From Octopus bimaculoides (lineage: Eukaryota), in assembly GCF_001194135.2 (NCBI RefSeq), contig NC_068987.1, positions 29,167,735 to 29,231,734 of the forward strand: a DNA stretch of 64,000 bases. Direction: 5' to 3'. The notes below the pieces were generated by a model. The model saw only the letters and a list, made by a program, of their open reading frames with translations, searched no databases and had not been told where the DNA came from. Every line of letters begins with the position of its first letter. Position 1 is the first letter of the stretch. The position numbers and the translations under genes were made by a program. This document shows positions 61,861-64,000 of this stretch, piece by piece.

Positions 61861-63032
61861 CCAGTGTCTATATACAAGCAGTCACCTTTCTACGTTTGCT
61901 ACAATGCCTTGGATAAGGAATAATTTAAAAGGGATATTTTGTCTCTAGATACAAACTTTACAGCAGAAACTTGTGGAAATCTTTTTCTACTGCCTTGTCT
62001 ATGTTTCTTTTCCCTTATAAACATATAATGAAACATGCCAGTACAAAGAGGAGGCATTTTATTTCAGTAGCATTGAACAGCTTGAGTTCATTTTGAGTAT
62101 GTAAAGAAATAATTCCAATATGCATCTACTCTATAATTTAAGTTTCAAATGTTTGTAAATATAAGAAAACGTGCAAACTGAGATGTTTTCGACTGAAGAG
62201 TATCAGTATATGACATTACAATAAAAAGAAAATCGAACATTCATTGAGATAAAGATTCGAAAAACACAAGAGAACGAAACAATGAAAATGGTATTGATTT
62301 TTTGGTCAACAAGAAATAAAAACTGCGTGCGCTGTCCTCATGCATAATGAGAATATGTAAACCATATATATGATTTATATTAAATCTACGAAAGTTTATA
62401 AGGAATTCAAGAGAACGCCTTGTTTCACAAATATAGAAACCTTCAAGAGAAATCATAATGTTAGCATCTTAATAATGGTTTCCTTTAACGCTTGCGGCAA
62501 ATTCTGTCCAATTTCAAGAAAATGCATGTTTACGGCAAATAGTTGAATTCGATAAATGGCTACGATTGTTTAGAGAGTTGGAACCATCAATAATAAATGA
62601 CGGATTGGCCAATAAATAGCAATTTTCGCCTGCCATCCGTCTTAAGTTAAGGTTTATTGGAATGTATTGGCAAAATGGAAGCATTATGAAAACGCATGCC
62701 ACAATATTTGAGCGAAGTAAAACTCAAGTCTTTCTTTTCTTTTCTGTTTTTTTCTTTTTTTAGATATAAGCTATTATAGATGTAACTGTTCTGAGATATG
62801 AAACCTAACATGTGACAAACAGTTAAACAAGAAAAGGAAACGTTGGTTTATTGCTCAATATGAAACATAAAGAACAACGAAATGAGTGACGACATTTCAC
62901 TGTGGCAAAATTTCGGGATTTTGAGGTATGCTCAAAAATATAAAACACCAGACATAATACAGCCTTTATTGTTTCCTTCCCTTTTGTCATCCACATTCCG
63001 ATTTACTTGTTTCAACATCTGATAATACTCCT

Positions 63033-63170
63033 CACTCCGATGAAATGTACGTTCCGAAACGTTAGACTTTGCATTTTTTAAAATTATTTTGTCATACAAA
63101 CGTCATTTGAACTATCAATGATACATGTTGATTACCTCCCTTTTCTTTCTTACTGAAGCTGATTTGCATA
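63033..63170 (+). mobile_element. Possible Penelope-type terminal repeat relic with a decayed hammerhead-like motif
   Basis: cact CCGATGA AATGTACGTTCC GAAA CGT T AGAC: the same GAAACGTT palindromic junction as at 48.6 and 48.9 kb, but with a U4-to-C core change and no clean stem II. Confidence 0.35.
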
Positions 63171-64000
63171 TGTATTTTTGAGCGGATAAAATAGTATTTC
63201 ATTGAAAATTCAATAGACTCTACTCTTCTATAAATTACATGACAATGTGCCAATATTAGAAATCTTTATTATTAATATTATTAAAAAAAAAACAAGTGGC
63301 ATAATCCGTAAAAAGTCGGTCAACATTCTGTGGAGTATTTTACTGATCTGAATTCAAGTCTGGTTAAGGTTAAATTTCCTCTCAAACAACTGAATCAATA
63401 AATTAAAGTAGAACCTAGCTATTGCATGCGATTTATCCAAGTGTGTCTTTCTTTGAGATGTTTCTGCCAAGAGTAGGGAATTTTTTTTTTCGCTGCTCTT
63501 GACTGACGATTGATGTTTCTGATTACGTAGGAGCCTCACCGATGACATAATATCTAGTAATAATAGCCATTCGTTTTTTAAACTACATTCAACCATCTTC
63601 AAATTTACATTGGACAGTGTAGTTTGTGATATGCTATAACTAATATGAATGACGCAATAGTCACAATAGAATGTCTGTTATTGTAGACCAGCTAATCAGA
63701 CGCGACTTGAAGCATGACAACAAAATCAAATTTCAGACGAAATTTCACACTAAACCTAGAATGAACTGCACAAATATTTCATATAATATTTGAGTTTTGA
63801 CGAGTTAGGCCCTGCTGCAGGTTATACTCATTGAAAGTCCTTGTGGGGCTTTGGTTCTGATTCAGTGTTGTTCATTTAAATCACACGTTGCCTGAGTTTT
63901 CTTTATATTCTTTTTCTACATTCTCATTGGTAAGTTACTCTATATATAACCTATCAATCTCTTTTGCACAAGTCTCTTGTAATAATGCGCAATCGACTAT

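Overview
This is AT-rich eukaryotic DNA, dense in microsatellites, from a gappy short-read assembly (about 17 N-runs, most flanked by (TA)n/(TG)n or other simple repeats). The repeat landscape suggests a coleoid cephalopod such as Octopus; that is an inference, not a database result. No host protein-coding gene can be supported with confidence, and almost all ORFs in the supplied track are microsatellite or N-gap artefacts. What is supportable is transposon-derived: (i) a mariner transposase ORF with about 310 uninterrupted codons and an intact DD34D triad, truncated at both ends (56.8-57.8 kb); (ii) a decayed DD37D/maT-like Tc1-mariner and a mariner-derived MITE; (iii) several fragments of RLE-type (R4/Dong/NeSL-like) non-LTR retrotransposons showing RT, CCHC and restriction-like endonuclease motifs; (iv) two Penelope-like GIY-YIG fragments; (v) Tx1/L1-like, RTE-like and CR1/Jockey-like LINE remnants; (vi) more than 25 copies of three tRNA-type SINE families, some in tandem arrays spaced by (ATT)n. 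The most interesting structure is a 449-bp near-palindromic insertion at 48556-49004. It has a 9-12 bp target-site duplication, and each arm carries a degenerate Penelope-type minimal hammerhead ribozyme motif; the two sets of lesions are complementary. Also notable is a 2.6-kb LINE-containing unit with about 200-bp inverted termini, each ending outward in (AAT)n (17016-19653). A weak cluster of candidate + strand exons lies at 3.1-4.6 kb. I found nothing that I can call a new biological system with confidence.
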